DNA of 63,946 bases, the filler included, from Octopus bimaculoides (lineage: Eukaryota), in assembly GCF_001194135.2 (NCBI RefSeq). It is 6 parts of 4 records of this genome, joined end to end, with 100 filler letters (N's around TTAATTAATTAA, not from the genome) between each part and the next. Parts side by side here need not be neighbours in the genome. Positions count along the whole stretch, not along the records: positions 51,409 to 57,927 come from NC_068981.1; positions 58,028 to 60,371 come from NW_026428777.1; positions 60,472 to 63,946 come from NC_069007.1; 3 more parts are not named here. The stretch is one strand, 5' to 3'. How positions within the stretch are numbered: position 1 is the stretch's first letter; each line of letters begins with the position of its first letter. Under the pieces are notes generated by a model that saw only the letters and a list, made by a program, of their open reading frames with translations, ran no database searches and was not told the origin of the DNA. A program made the translations under genes and the position numbers. Below are positions 53,440 through 63,946 of the stretch, piece by piece.

Positions 53440-53740
53440 ATGACTACATTGTCTTTCCTTTTGGTATATCTCCTCGTGGTAATGTCGCACAGCAAGTGTA
53501 AGGTTTATTGTCGAGCCTGCAGCAGTGGAGACCGCTAGCGTTCTTGGCCCTCGGACCTTATCCATGCTCACCACTGTCAAGGCGAAGAGAGCTGTCCGCA
53601 AGTGCAAACCCCGGGAGTCAGAGTGGCTATTTCAACGCATCTCCTTTGCCATCCTCCGGGGAAACGCTTTTTCCATTTTGTCTTCTGGAACCATGAGTCG
53701 ATCTGAATTACAGGAAATTGTACCTTCCACTCCTTAATGT
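53440..53740 (+). mobile_element. C-terminal restriction-like-endonuclease region of a CRE-type non-LTR retrotransposon
   Basis: PAAVETASVLGPRTLSML..PRESEWLFQRISFAILRGNAFSIL resembles the CRE C-terminal motif P.avEt.G..G....LxQRisiaiqRGNA.si. Confidence 0.7.
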
Positions 53741-54140
53741 AAAGTTATTCCATATAAGTGAAGTAAACCCACAGTACAGCTTTGGTTATCTTGTATCAAA
53801 TATAAACTTACGTTCAGCATTACGTGAGCCATGTCAGATTGCGATCCTTAAAAAGACCGGTTTCTAAAGTTAAATCATCGCTTTCACTAGATTTCTTCTT
53901 ATGCTCAATTCTGGGATACATTTAGACAAGTTATTGGACTTTAAATCATTTCTTATATTCACATTCTATTTTAGTTTAGACAATGTTTATCTAATAGCTC
54001 CATGCAATGATTTGCTGATGTTTCTTTAAACATACGTTTTATATATTTCATGAATATGCATTGTAGTGCATATTATATTGTTACATGCGTTCGCAGATGT
54101 GTTAAGAGAATGAGTATATTAAATGCATTACTTTTTTCAG

Positions 54141-54210
54141 GTGTTGGAATACTAATGCGACGCCAGCTTATTTCTGGATAATGCGTGGACCAATCCTACT
54201 GTCCACCGTC
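54141..54210 (+). CDS. Internal exon of a class B1 (secretin/PTH-receptor-like) GPCR, ECL2 cysteine to TM5
   Basis: Acceptor cttttttcAG| and donor GTC|GTAAGT; 70 nt, phase 2-0. Translation CWNTNATPAYFWIMRGPILLSTV fits the family motif CW..x..WIIxGPIL|VNF, and the intron positions match those recalled for vertebrate secretin-family genes. Confidence 0.87.
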
Positions 54211-54269
54211 GTAAGTCCTATTTTTCACGGTACTTCAAATGAAAAATGCACCTCCTTCATATGTACATA

Positions 54270-54497
54270 TACAGGGTTGACCAAAAGTCACCTGACAGTA
54301 AATCAAAACCATTAATTCCAAGATTTATTTAACAACTGAATGAATTTAATAAAAGCATTTAAATATGAAACGTCATGAAAATTGTTCACATTGATGTCCT
54401 TGAGCGACACATTTTTCTATTCGAGTCAATACAGAATTATAGATAGTATTTATGGAATTTTGATTAACAGTCGGGTGACTTCTGGTCAACACTTTAT
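54270..54497. mobile_element. Tc1/mariner-type MITE about 60 bp downstream of the GPCR exon
   Basis: TAcagggttgaccaaaagtcacctgac / gtcgggtgacttctggtcaacacttTA. Confidence 0.7.
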
Positions 54498-54992
54498 ATG
54501 TACACTCACACACATCTGTTGTGTTCTTACACACTATGTTTGTGCGTCCGTAGTTCTTCGTGTATATATGCGTCAATGCTAACATAGACTCATATATAAA
54601 TGATTATTTACATTGGTGGGTATTTACGTAAATACATAACTGACACATGCTATTATTGAACTGGAAATATACATTCGTGTGTGTGTGTGTGTCCCACCAC
54701 CGCTTGACAACCGGTATTGGTTTATATTCCCATAACTTAGCGGTTCGGCATAAGTGTCTGATTGAATAAGAACTAGATTTTAAAGAAATAAGTACAGGGG
54801 CCGATTTGCTTGACTAAAAGCTCTTCAAGGTGGTACCCCAGCATGGCCGCAGTTCAGTGACTGAAGCAAGTAAAAGATAAAAGTTGACAACCAGAGTTGA
54901 CATTTGACCAAGATGTGAAGCTTCGCATTTTGCGCTCTTAGCACTTTATGAAGAAAGCATAAACAGCAGTGTATCTCATAAAACACATTATA

Positions 54993-55053
<61 letters not shown>

Positions 55054-56063
55054 TCTCTCTCTCCATCTCTCTCTCCCTCTCTCTCTCTCTCTCTCCCTCC
55101 ATTTCTCTCTCTCTCTCTCAGATTTGATTTAAATTTCAAATCTCTCTGAATTAAGTATGTTTTTGACGTCAGTAACTGACTGATAAAATGTTGGTGAGAA
55201 ACACAGCTGGTTGAATCAATATAATATCATACACTCAGCGGAAGTGTTGGTGGTTCGTTTTCTGTCATCAGCAGCGCAATGTATCCGTGGAATAATACAT
55301 CACAGAACAGTATAGCTCACCGCTGTAAGCAGGGGGAACACTGTAAAATTGACAAATGTTTCGTTAGCTTGCAGTGTTGAGTTCAACTCCTTACATGGGT
55401 TCAGCTTGGAGAGACATAATTTCTGATAAGCTTATTTACCTTATACATACAGCGCGAAGATAAGGTGTTGCGTGGTACACCTTCTATCCATTGGATTACA
55501 AAACACATCAGATTGCAGGCCGGGCTACTGACAAATAACATCCTTTATATGTAGTAGGAGGAGGAGGAGGAGGAGGAGGAGTAGTTCTGTAATAAAAGCA
55601 AATTATTTTTTAAAGTGTCACCTTCTATCAGATTTTAATGGTTCAATTTATAGGATAGGATTTTGTTTGATAGAAAATTAATTTAACTTTATTTGAAGAA
55701 TAGATTATTTTTATATACATCATGCTTCCGAAAGATTTATTTAATACGTATCTTCTGCATCAAGAAACTAGTTTCTTATAGAAGACGTTAATACATTTTC
55801 AATTATTCCTTTAGTAAATTACTATTACTTTGATAATTGTTTATATAATCAGTTTCTGTATGCTTCATAGCAACCAAGAAAGTAATATTGAAATGCGAAA
55901 GCCTTCAGCTAGATTTTCATTTTAATTAACTTGTATATTTCCTTTACATTTAGGAAATGAAATGTACAACAGTATAATTAAATATATAATAGATTCAGCT
56001 TCCAAACTTATATATATATATATAAAGGTAGAAAATGCTAAAATAATTTTATAAAAAACATTT

Positions 56064-56099
56064 CAGTACCTGTTTCAGTCATTGAGACTTTTTCAACTG
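56064..56099 (-). ncRNA. Minimal hammerhead-like motif, U3:A8 variant
   Basis: CAG-TTGAAAA-AGTC-tcaat-GACT-GAAA-cagg-TA-CTG. Confidence 0.55.
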
Positions 56100-56119
56100 T
56101 ATGGAAAACAATGAAATTT

Positions 56120-57250
56120 TGGAAAAATTAAAAGAAAAGTTTTTTAAAAGAATATTTGCATAGTGTTCATATACAAGCGGCATTTTCCTTGTTTCTGCCT
56201 GTTTCTGTCTCTCTTGTTTACTCTTGTGGGTTCGTGGTCGTTGTGAATTCTTGGTAGGGAAGAAGAAGAAGAAGAAGAAGAAGAAGAAGAAGAAGAATGC
56301 GGGAGTGCCATGATAGTTGTATGTTAAATGGTCAAGTACCTTGAAAGAAACCTGTTGTGGATGGTAGTAGTGATTGAATTCCCGAAATATCTCTTTTAAA
56401 CGTTTTGATTATAAAATTTGCGTAGGTGTTGTTCTAAACAGCAATAGTGGTAAAGTTAGGAAGGAGGTGGCGGAGAGGAAGAAGAAGAAAGAGAAGGGAG
56501 AATAAGAAGGAATGTAGGTAGCATGATAGTAACAAGGTGTTAAATGGTCAAGTGACCTAAAAGTGGCTCGTTATGGATTATAGCAGTGATTGGGACTGTT
56601 TTTTAATGAATTCTTGGGAATCTCTAGAGTGTATCATTTTTAATAATAGCGTGTGTGTTTGTGTTATTCTAAGGCTGTGGTGGATATGTCGTTTGTTGTA
56701 GACGCGTTCAAAAGTGGTCTGTATTTTGTAATAAAGAGCCACTTTTAGGTCACTTGACCACTTAACACCTTACTACTATCATACTACCTACATTCCTTCT
56801 TATACTCCCTTCTCTTTCTTCTTCTTCTTCGCCTTCTTCTTCTCAGCCACCTCCTTCCTAACTTTACCACTACTGCTGTTTACAATAACACCTACGCGAA
56901 TTTTATAAAGAAGACATTCAAAAGAGATGTTTCGGGAATTCAATCACTACTACCATCCACAACAGGTTACTTTAACATTGACCATTTAACATACTACTAT
57001 CATGGCACTACCGAATTCTTCTTCTTCTTCTTCTTCTTCTTCTTCTTCTTCTTCTTCTTCTTCTTCTTCTTCTTCTTCTTCTTCTTCTCCGTCTTCTTCT
57101 TCTTCTTCTTCCCTACCAAGAATTCACAACGACCTTGAACCCACAAGAGTAAACAAGAGAGACAGAAACAGGCAGAAACAAGGAAAATGCCACTTGTATT
57201 TGAATACTATGCAAATATTCTTTTAAAAAACTTTTCTTTTAATTTTTCCA
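56120..57250. repeat. Long inverted repeat (arms 56120-56574 and 56731-57250)
   Basis: The arms are reverse complements, including (GAA)n/(TTC)n of different length; the right arm runs into a gap. Confidence 0.93.
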
Positions 57251-57392
57251 NNNNNNNNNNNNNNNNNNNNNNNNNNNNNNNNNNNNNNNNNNNNNNNNNN
57301 NNNNNNNNNNNNNNNNNNNNNNNNNNNNNNNNNNNNNNNNNNNNNNNNNNNNNNNNNNNNNNNNNNNNNNNNNNNATATATGTATATATATG

Positions 57393-57428
<36 letters not shown>

Positions 57429-58759
57429 TATATAAAGTATGGGGGGTTTACTTCACAGGTGACCTAAACAATTAGGTACGCTAGGTAAGTGCTGTAACGG
57501 ATTACTAGGGCTCCAAAGTTATAGCCAAGACGGTAGTTATGGAACCATAATTCAATGCAGCGGATATATAATTGTTAAACAGGATGTCAAACATTAAGGC
57601 AAGGCAAACATCTCAAGTCATATACAATTGGGGAAAAGATCATTTGTTTTGCTAAGTAATATTAGGAGAAAAGTTTTCGAGATGGAATGGGTTTATCCTT
57701 TAGAGAGATGCCGAGGAATTGTTTGTCCATAGTGAGCAGCATCTATATTGAGTGCTCTGCTTGGCAATTTATACAAAGTATGAAGGTTTAGTTCACAAGT
57801 GATCTAAACGATCAGGTACGCTAGATAAGTGCTGTAACGGATTTCTAGGCCTCCATGATTATATCCGAGATGGTTGTTATGGAGCCATTGCAGATTTCCT
57901 GTTTAACAATTATATATATATATATATNNNNNNNNNNNNNNNNNNNNNNNNNNNNNNNNNNNNNNNNNNNNTTAATTAATTAANNNNNNNNNNNNNNNNN
58001 NNNNNNNNNNNNNNNNNNNNNNNNNNNCGGTGTGTGTGTGTGTGTGTGTGTGTGTGTGCATGTGTATATGTCTGTGGGTGGGTGTGCCTTTTGTGTTTGT
58101 GATATGTTTGCCTTTCAACCACTGCTTGACAGCCAGTATCGGTTTGTTTACGTTCTCGTTACTCAGAGGCTCTGCAAAAGAGAGCAACAGAATAAGTACC
58201 AGGTTTAACTGCCCCTCCCACCACCAACAAAAGTTCTGGGGGTCGATCCGTTCGACTTAACCCTTCAAGGCAGTGCCCTAGCATGGCCACAGTCTAATGA
58301 CAGGAACAAGCAGTAAATAAAGGAATGAAAAACAAATAAAATAAAATAAAATGATATAAAAATAAAAACAATAAAATGCCGTAAAATAATACAAAATAAT
58401 ATAAAATAAACAGTCTGATTTACTATTTCATTTCATTTGATATGCTACATTTCCTCATTTTTGTTTCTCTAAACAGCCCTGTACAAACGTGGTCCTTTAC
58501 ATGTTGCCGTTTCACTATTTGCTAATATAAACCCACTTTAAACCTCGCTCTTCACGTATTGTAGGTTACACACCTGGGTACTCATCGAAGCACCCGGTAA
58601 TCTTGGATTTAGAAATTAACAGCGAAGAAAGAAAGGTAATATATAACGCAATTCAAAATGAATTGGCGCGCGCGCGTGTGGTGTATATGTCTGAAGTATA
58701 TATGTATGTATGTATCTATCTATCTATCTATCTATATTTACACATACACACACACACAT

Positions 58760-58790
<31 letters not shown>

Positions 58791-59914
58791 CATACAGACA
58801 TATATATATATATACACATACATACACACTCTCACACAAATATACATACATACAAACATACATACATATATATACATNNNNNNNNNNNNNNNNNNNNNNN
58901 NNNNNNNNNNNNNNNNNNNNNNNNNNNNNNNNNNNNNNNNNNNNNNNNNNNNNNNNNNNNNNNNNNNNNNNNNNNNNNNNNNNNNNNNNNNNNNNNNNNN
59001 NNNNNNNNNNNNNNNNNNNNNNNNNNNNNNNNNNNNNNNNNNNNNNNNNNNNNNNNNNNNNNNNNNNNNNNNNNNNNNNNNNNNNNNNNNNNNNNNNNNN
59101 NNNNNNNNNNNNNNNNNNNNNNNNNNNNNNNNNNNNNNNNNNNNNNNNNNNNNNNNNNNNNNNNNNNNNNNNNNNNNNNNNNNNNNNNNNNNNNNNNNNN
59201 NNNNNNNNNNNNNNNNNNNNNNNNNNNNNNNNNNNNNNNNNNNNNNNNNNNNNNNNNNNNNNNNNNNNNNNNNNNNNNNNNNNNNNNNNNNNNNNNNNNN
59301 NNNNNNNNNNNNNNNNNNNNNNNNNNNNNNNNNNNNNNNNNNNNNNNNNNNNNNNNNNNNNNNNNNNNNNNNNNNNNNNNNNNNNNNNNNNNNNNNNNNN
59401 NNNNNNNNNNNNNNNNNNNNNNNNNNNNNNNNNNNNNNNNNNNNNNNNNNNNNNNNNNNNNNNNNNNNNNNNNNNNNNNNNNNNNNNNNNNNNNNNNNNN
59501 NNNNNNNNNNNNNNNNNNNNNNNNNNNNNNNNNNNNNNNNNNNNNNNNNNNNNNNNNNNNNNNNNNNNNNNNNNNNNNNNNNNNNNNNNNNNNNNNNNNN
59601 NNNNNNNNNNNNNNNNNNNNNNNNNNNNNNNNNNNNNNNNNNNNNNNNNNNNNNNNNNNNNNNNNNNNNNNNNNNNNNNNNNNNNNNNNNNNNNNNNNNN
59701 NNNNNNNNNNNNNNNNNNNNNNNNNNNNNNNNNNNNNNNNNNNNNNNATATATATATATATACATATACATATATATATAGCGAAGCAATGGCGCAAAGC
59801 AGTTTTTACGTATAATGACAATTTAGGTTAAAGGCAAATACACTGAAGTTACAGTAGTTTTGGTAACAAGGTGTGAAAACACCCAGTTCGTTCAGTGTCG
59901 CCGTCTCTCAGGAA

Positions 59915-59959
59915 TCTCAGACATCGATGTTTCGAGTTTATTGACTCTTGTCGATAAGA
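59915..59959 (-). ncRNA. Hammerhead-like motif, U3:A8 plus C4 variant, palindromic stem III
   Basis: TCTTA-TCGACAA-GAGT-caataa-ACTC-GAAA-CATCGATG-TC-TGAGA. Confidence 0.65.
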
Positions 59960-60182
59960 GAAACTTTTTCTCCACGGTAACTGCAATGTATTTGCCTTTA
60001 GCTGTTGAAATATGTGACAAATATATTTCAACTAACCTAAATTGTGATTATACGTAAACACTGCTTTGCGCCATGATTTCGCTATTTATCACGATCGGGC
60101 GGTGTACCAGCGCAAATCAATCAACGTATTGACTGAATTATATATAAAGCCACAAGTTTTATTTAGTTCGTTCAGGGTTGCC

Positions 60183-60227
60183 TCTCATCGGCAAGAGTCA
60201 ATAAACTCGAGACATCGATGTCTGAGA
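60183..60227 (+). ncRNA. Second, inverted copy of the same motif with two core substitutions
   Basis: TCTCA-TCGGCAA-GAGT-caataa-ACTC-GAGA-CATCGATG-TC-TGAGA. Confidence 0.55.
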
Positions 60228-60944
60228 TTCCCGAGAGATGGCAACACTGAACGAACTGGGAGTTTTCACACCTTTTTACCATAAGTGCGATTTTTTCTCC
60301 ATGGTAACTGCAGCGTATTTTCCTTTAGCAGTTGAAATATGTGACAAACATATTTCAACTAACCTAAATTGNNNNNNNNNNNNNNNNNNNNNNNNNNNNN
60401 NNNNNNNNNNNNNNNTTAATTAATTAANNNNNNNNNNNNNNNNNNNNNNNNNNNNNNNNNNNNNNNNNNNNGTGGTGGTGGTGGTGGTGGTGGTTGTGGT
60501 TGTGGTGGTGGTGGTGGCGACGGAGACTGTGGTGATGATGGGGATGGTTTTGATTATGGTGGTGGTGGCGGCAGTGGTGGTAGTGGTGGTGGTGGTGGTA
60601 GTGGTGCTGCTGGTGGTTGTGGTTATGGAGCTGTTGGTTATGGTTGTGGTGCTAGTAGAGGTGGTAGTGGTTCTGGCAGTGGCTGATGTCAAAATATTAT
60701 TATAACAGTTTGGTCGCAGTCCTCCAAAAACCAATGGATGGACAATCATGGACCACCTTTTTCTAGCTGATCGGAAAACCCAGGAGAATCTCTGCAACAA
60801 CATTGGTTAAAATGAGCTTTTTGTTGCTAGTGTAGTTCAACCCCAGACAAAGTACGATCAAAGGCGTTCCATTCGTGACCGTTCTTGTCGTGTCTAGAAG
60901 TACCTGGGAGTATATCATCAAATGTGCCATCTGTGATAATGCAG

Positions 60945-61430
60945 AGTCTTACTGAAACACATATGGCCTTCCATTGCATACACTGTCTATCCAGGGCTTA
61001 ACAATTATTTCCAGGACCTCAATGTAGGCAGCAGAGTTAACTCTAAAGCTTTGTGGAAAGAAGTAAGGAGGCATCACATGCCCTTCATTGCTGACAACCC
61101 CTAAAACTATGACAGTTGCAGGAAATTTTGTATGCATAACACTTGGAACTTCAGAAGGGTCTGCACATAACCATCTGTCATTTCTTCTGTTAACTTTTTG
61201 ATCTTGGGCGAAGATTTTCTCGTTTGACAAAAACCAAATCAAATCTTCATCTGCTGCATTTTTAGTTTAAGTGCCTTTTAGATCTGATGTACTGATTTTC
61301 TTTCGCTTTTTTGGACAAATTAACTGTTCTTGCACCTGCCATTCTCCATTACTCCTTCACGTTTTTCTTTTCTTTTCTCGTTCATCTTTCTCTGAATTAT
61401 GATTGTCCGAAAGAGTTTTTCCCTCTTCAC
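60945..61430 (-). mobile_element. maT-type transposase fragment
   Basis: WFLSNEKIFAQDQKVNRRNDRWL..HTKFPATVIVLGVVSNEGHVMPP..GRPYVFQ; same family as the 18-kb copy. Confidence 0.85.
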
Positions 61431-62236
61431 GTCAGAGCAATTCCCAGTGGTTAATTTCTACCTGTGAACTTTTATTGATTAACTTTTGATGAGTTTGAAC
61501 ACAACCAACACCTTGGAATCTGTGTTTCGCTAATACACATACGCGCACACACATGTAAAAAGAGAGCGAGTGAAAGAGAAAGAGAGAGGGAGAGAAAGAG
61601 AGAGATGGGGAGAAAGAGAGAGATGGGGGAGAAAGAGAGAGACAAAGACAGTGATATAGATATAGATGTTTCTTTGCTTGTAGCGCCACCTCACGACATG
61701 TCACGGGCTTTTAAACCTGAAGGATTCTATCTCACTCTACGTCGGAACACGCATATATTTTCATATACATATTTGTGTGTGTATGTATGTGCGTGTGCGC
61801 GTGTCTATGTACACACATACAACAGCGGTGTGTGTGTGCATATTTATTTATACATACTTAAATATATAATAATTATTTCAGACTTGTGTATACACCTGGT
61901 ATGCCTATTAAAGCACGTACACTGTCTGTGGCTACCTGATGACATCAACAATATAGATATAAATGTCACTGGATTTACTTCAGAAATTCCTCTGTGTCTG
62001 TCGAGTATGTCACAAATGGGAGAAAGCGAAAATGGAATTCACGAGATCTTTTATTAATCACAACGATCGTTTCGACCCATCTAACATCAGTCTCTCGCAG
62101 GAAAGATGTTGGATAACTATTAGTGTTGCATCCTTTGATTCAAGAATCAGCCCTTCTGTTTATGCTTTTAGTCCAGCAACCTGTGTTGCCTATAATGCTT
62201 TTTTTAAATGTAAACGCTTTGTGGTTAATAAAGAAA

Positions 62237-62237
<1 letters not shown>

Positions 62238-62303
<66 letters not shown>

Positions 62304-62326
62304 CATTATTATTATTATTATTATTA

Positions 62327-62382
<56 letters not shown>

Positions 62383-62879
62383 GAACCCGTTGAAGGTACA
62401 CGGGATACCGAAATATCGTTCAGCAAATTTAATTATGGATCTCTTCTTTTCTATTTACGTATTCCTTTCAGAGGAGTCATAGCAGCCCTTATATTNNNNN
62501 NNNNNNNNNNNNNNNNNNNNNNNNNNNNNNNNNNNNNNNNNNNNNNNNNNNNNNNNNNNNNNNNNNNNNNNNNNNNNNNNNNNNNNNNNNNNNNNNNNNN
62601 NNNNNNNNNNNNNNNNNNNNNNNNNNNNNNNNNNNNNNNNNNNNNNNNNNNNNNNNNNNNNNNNNNNNNNNNNNNNNNNNNNNNNNNNNNNNNNNNNNNN
62701 NNNNNNNNNNNNNNNNNNNNNNNNNNNNNNNNNNNNNNNNNNNNNNNNNNNNNNNNNNNNNNNNNNNNNNNNNNNNNNNNNNNNNNNNNNNNNNNNNNNN
62801 NNNNNNNNNNNNNNNNNNNNNNNNNNNNNNNNNNNNNNNNNNNNNNNNNNNNNNNNNNNNNNNNNNNNNNNNNNNNNNN

Positions 62880-62944
<65 letters not shown>

Positions 62945-62958
62945 CATTATTATTATTA
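62238..62958. repeat. (ATT)n microsatellites around a gap
   Basis: Direct reading. Other simple repeats include (ATC)n at 26445-26490, (GGT)n at 60472-60680 and many (TA)n, (CA)n and (TATG)n tracts. Confidence 0.97.
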
Positions 62959-63946
62959 ACCGATTGTTAGAACCGACTAGTTCGGTTCTTCTTTCGAAAA
63001 ATAACATATTCGTCCGAGATGAATATATACGGTTTTGTTTATTTTACAATAATGGAAAGTCTGTGTTTATATAGCAGCTGTTGTTTAATTCAATGTCAGT
63101 CCTGAGATTGAGTAGATGTACGATCAAAGTTGTTCCACCCACCAGTATTCCATCATGAGCAAATATTAGTGACTATTTATCGTTGTGGCTTAATCTACAG
63201 ACCAGCTCAGATTTGGTCAGAAAACAGTTGTCGCAGATGGAAATTTTTACTCTTAGCCACTTGTAATGAGACATGATTTTCTGATGACATCAAAACCAAC
63301 TAAATACTGCCGTAAAACAAAACAATAAAAATGGCGAATTGTTGACGTCATGACCGCCATCGTCTACATCACACAATTCTCAAATGTCTTCCGATAAAAT
63401 TAATACGTTTCAAATAACTAAACGCTGCATATATAAAGCATTGCCATTCCGTCGGTTACGACGATTGCTCCAGTTAATCGTCAAATTAAAGTGCAAGTGG
63501 CTGAGTACACTACAGACACGTGTACCCTTAACGTAGTTCTCAGGGAGATTCAACGTGACACAGAAGGTGACAAGGCTGGCCCATATGAATTACAGGTACT
63601 ACTTATTTTTGCCAGCTGAGTGGACTGGAGCAACGTGAAATAAAGCATCTTGTTAAAGGACGCAAAGCGCCGCCGAGAATTGAACTCATGACCTTACGCT
63701 CATGAGCTGAATGCCCTAACCACTAAGCCACAACTCATCACTGTATATACACAAAGATACACACGCACACATGCATACATATATACATACATACACACAT
63801 ACATGCATACATACACATACATACATACACATACATACATACATACATACATACATACACACACGCATATACATACATACATACGTACATACACACATAC
63901 ATACATACACATAATACTTACATCTATACACACATACACACATACA

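Noticed and set aside
62968-62990. Palindrome gaaccgactagttcggttc
   Set aside because: No hammerhead core can be placed; treated as a short palindrome in a repeat.

Overview
Repeat-dense, AT-rich eukaryotic genomic DNA; the SINE, microsatellite and transposon content suggests a cephalopod, probably Octopus (inferred, not proven). Five identical 100-bp N44-TTAATTAATTAA-N44 spacers show that the window is six sequence blocks joined during assembly, so order and orientation across them are unreliable. Only two protein-coding exons are recognisable by homology: a C1a catalytic-domain exon of an ADCY1/rutabaga-type adenylyl cyclase (1132-1290, +) and an ECL2-TM5 exon of a class B1 (secretin/PTH-receptor-like) GPCR (54141-54210, +). 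A signal-peptide-encoding spliced gene is predicted de novo on the minus strand (48898-48660, possible last exon 45817-45756). The rest is tRNA-derived SINEs (three families), mariner and maT transposons, MITEs, RTE, CR1, Tx1-like and CRE-like LINE fragments, a Penelope-like element and microsatellites. The most striking unexplained signal is about ten hammerhead-ribozyme-like motifs from several unrelated repeat families. Several have a covarying U3:A8 core pair and/or C4, and most sit in inverted-repeat elements. All folding and alignment was done by eye and nothing was computed; repeat boundaries are approximate.
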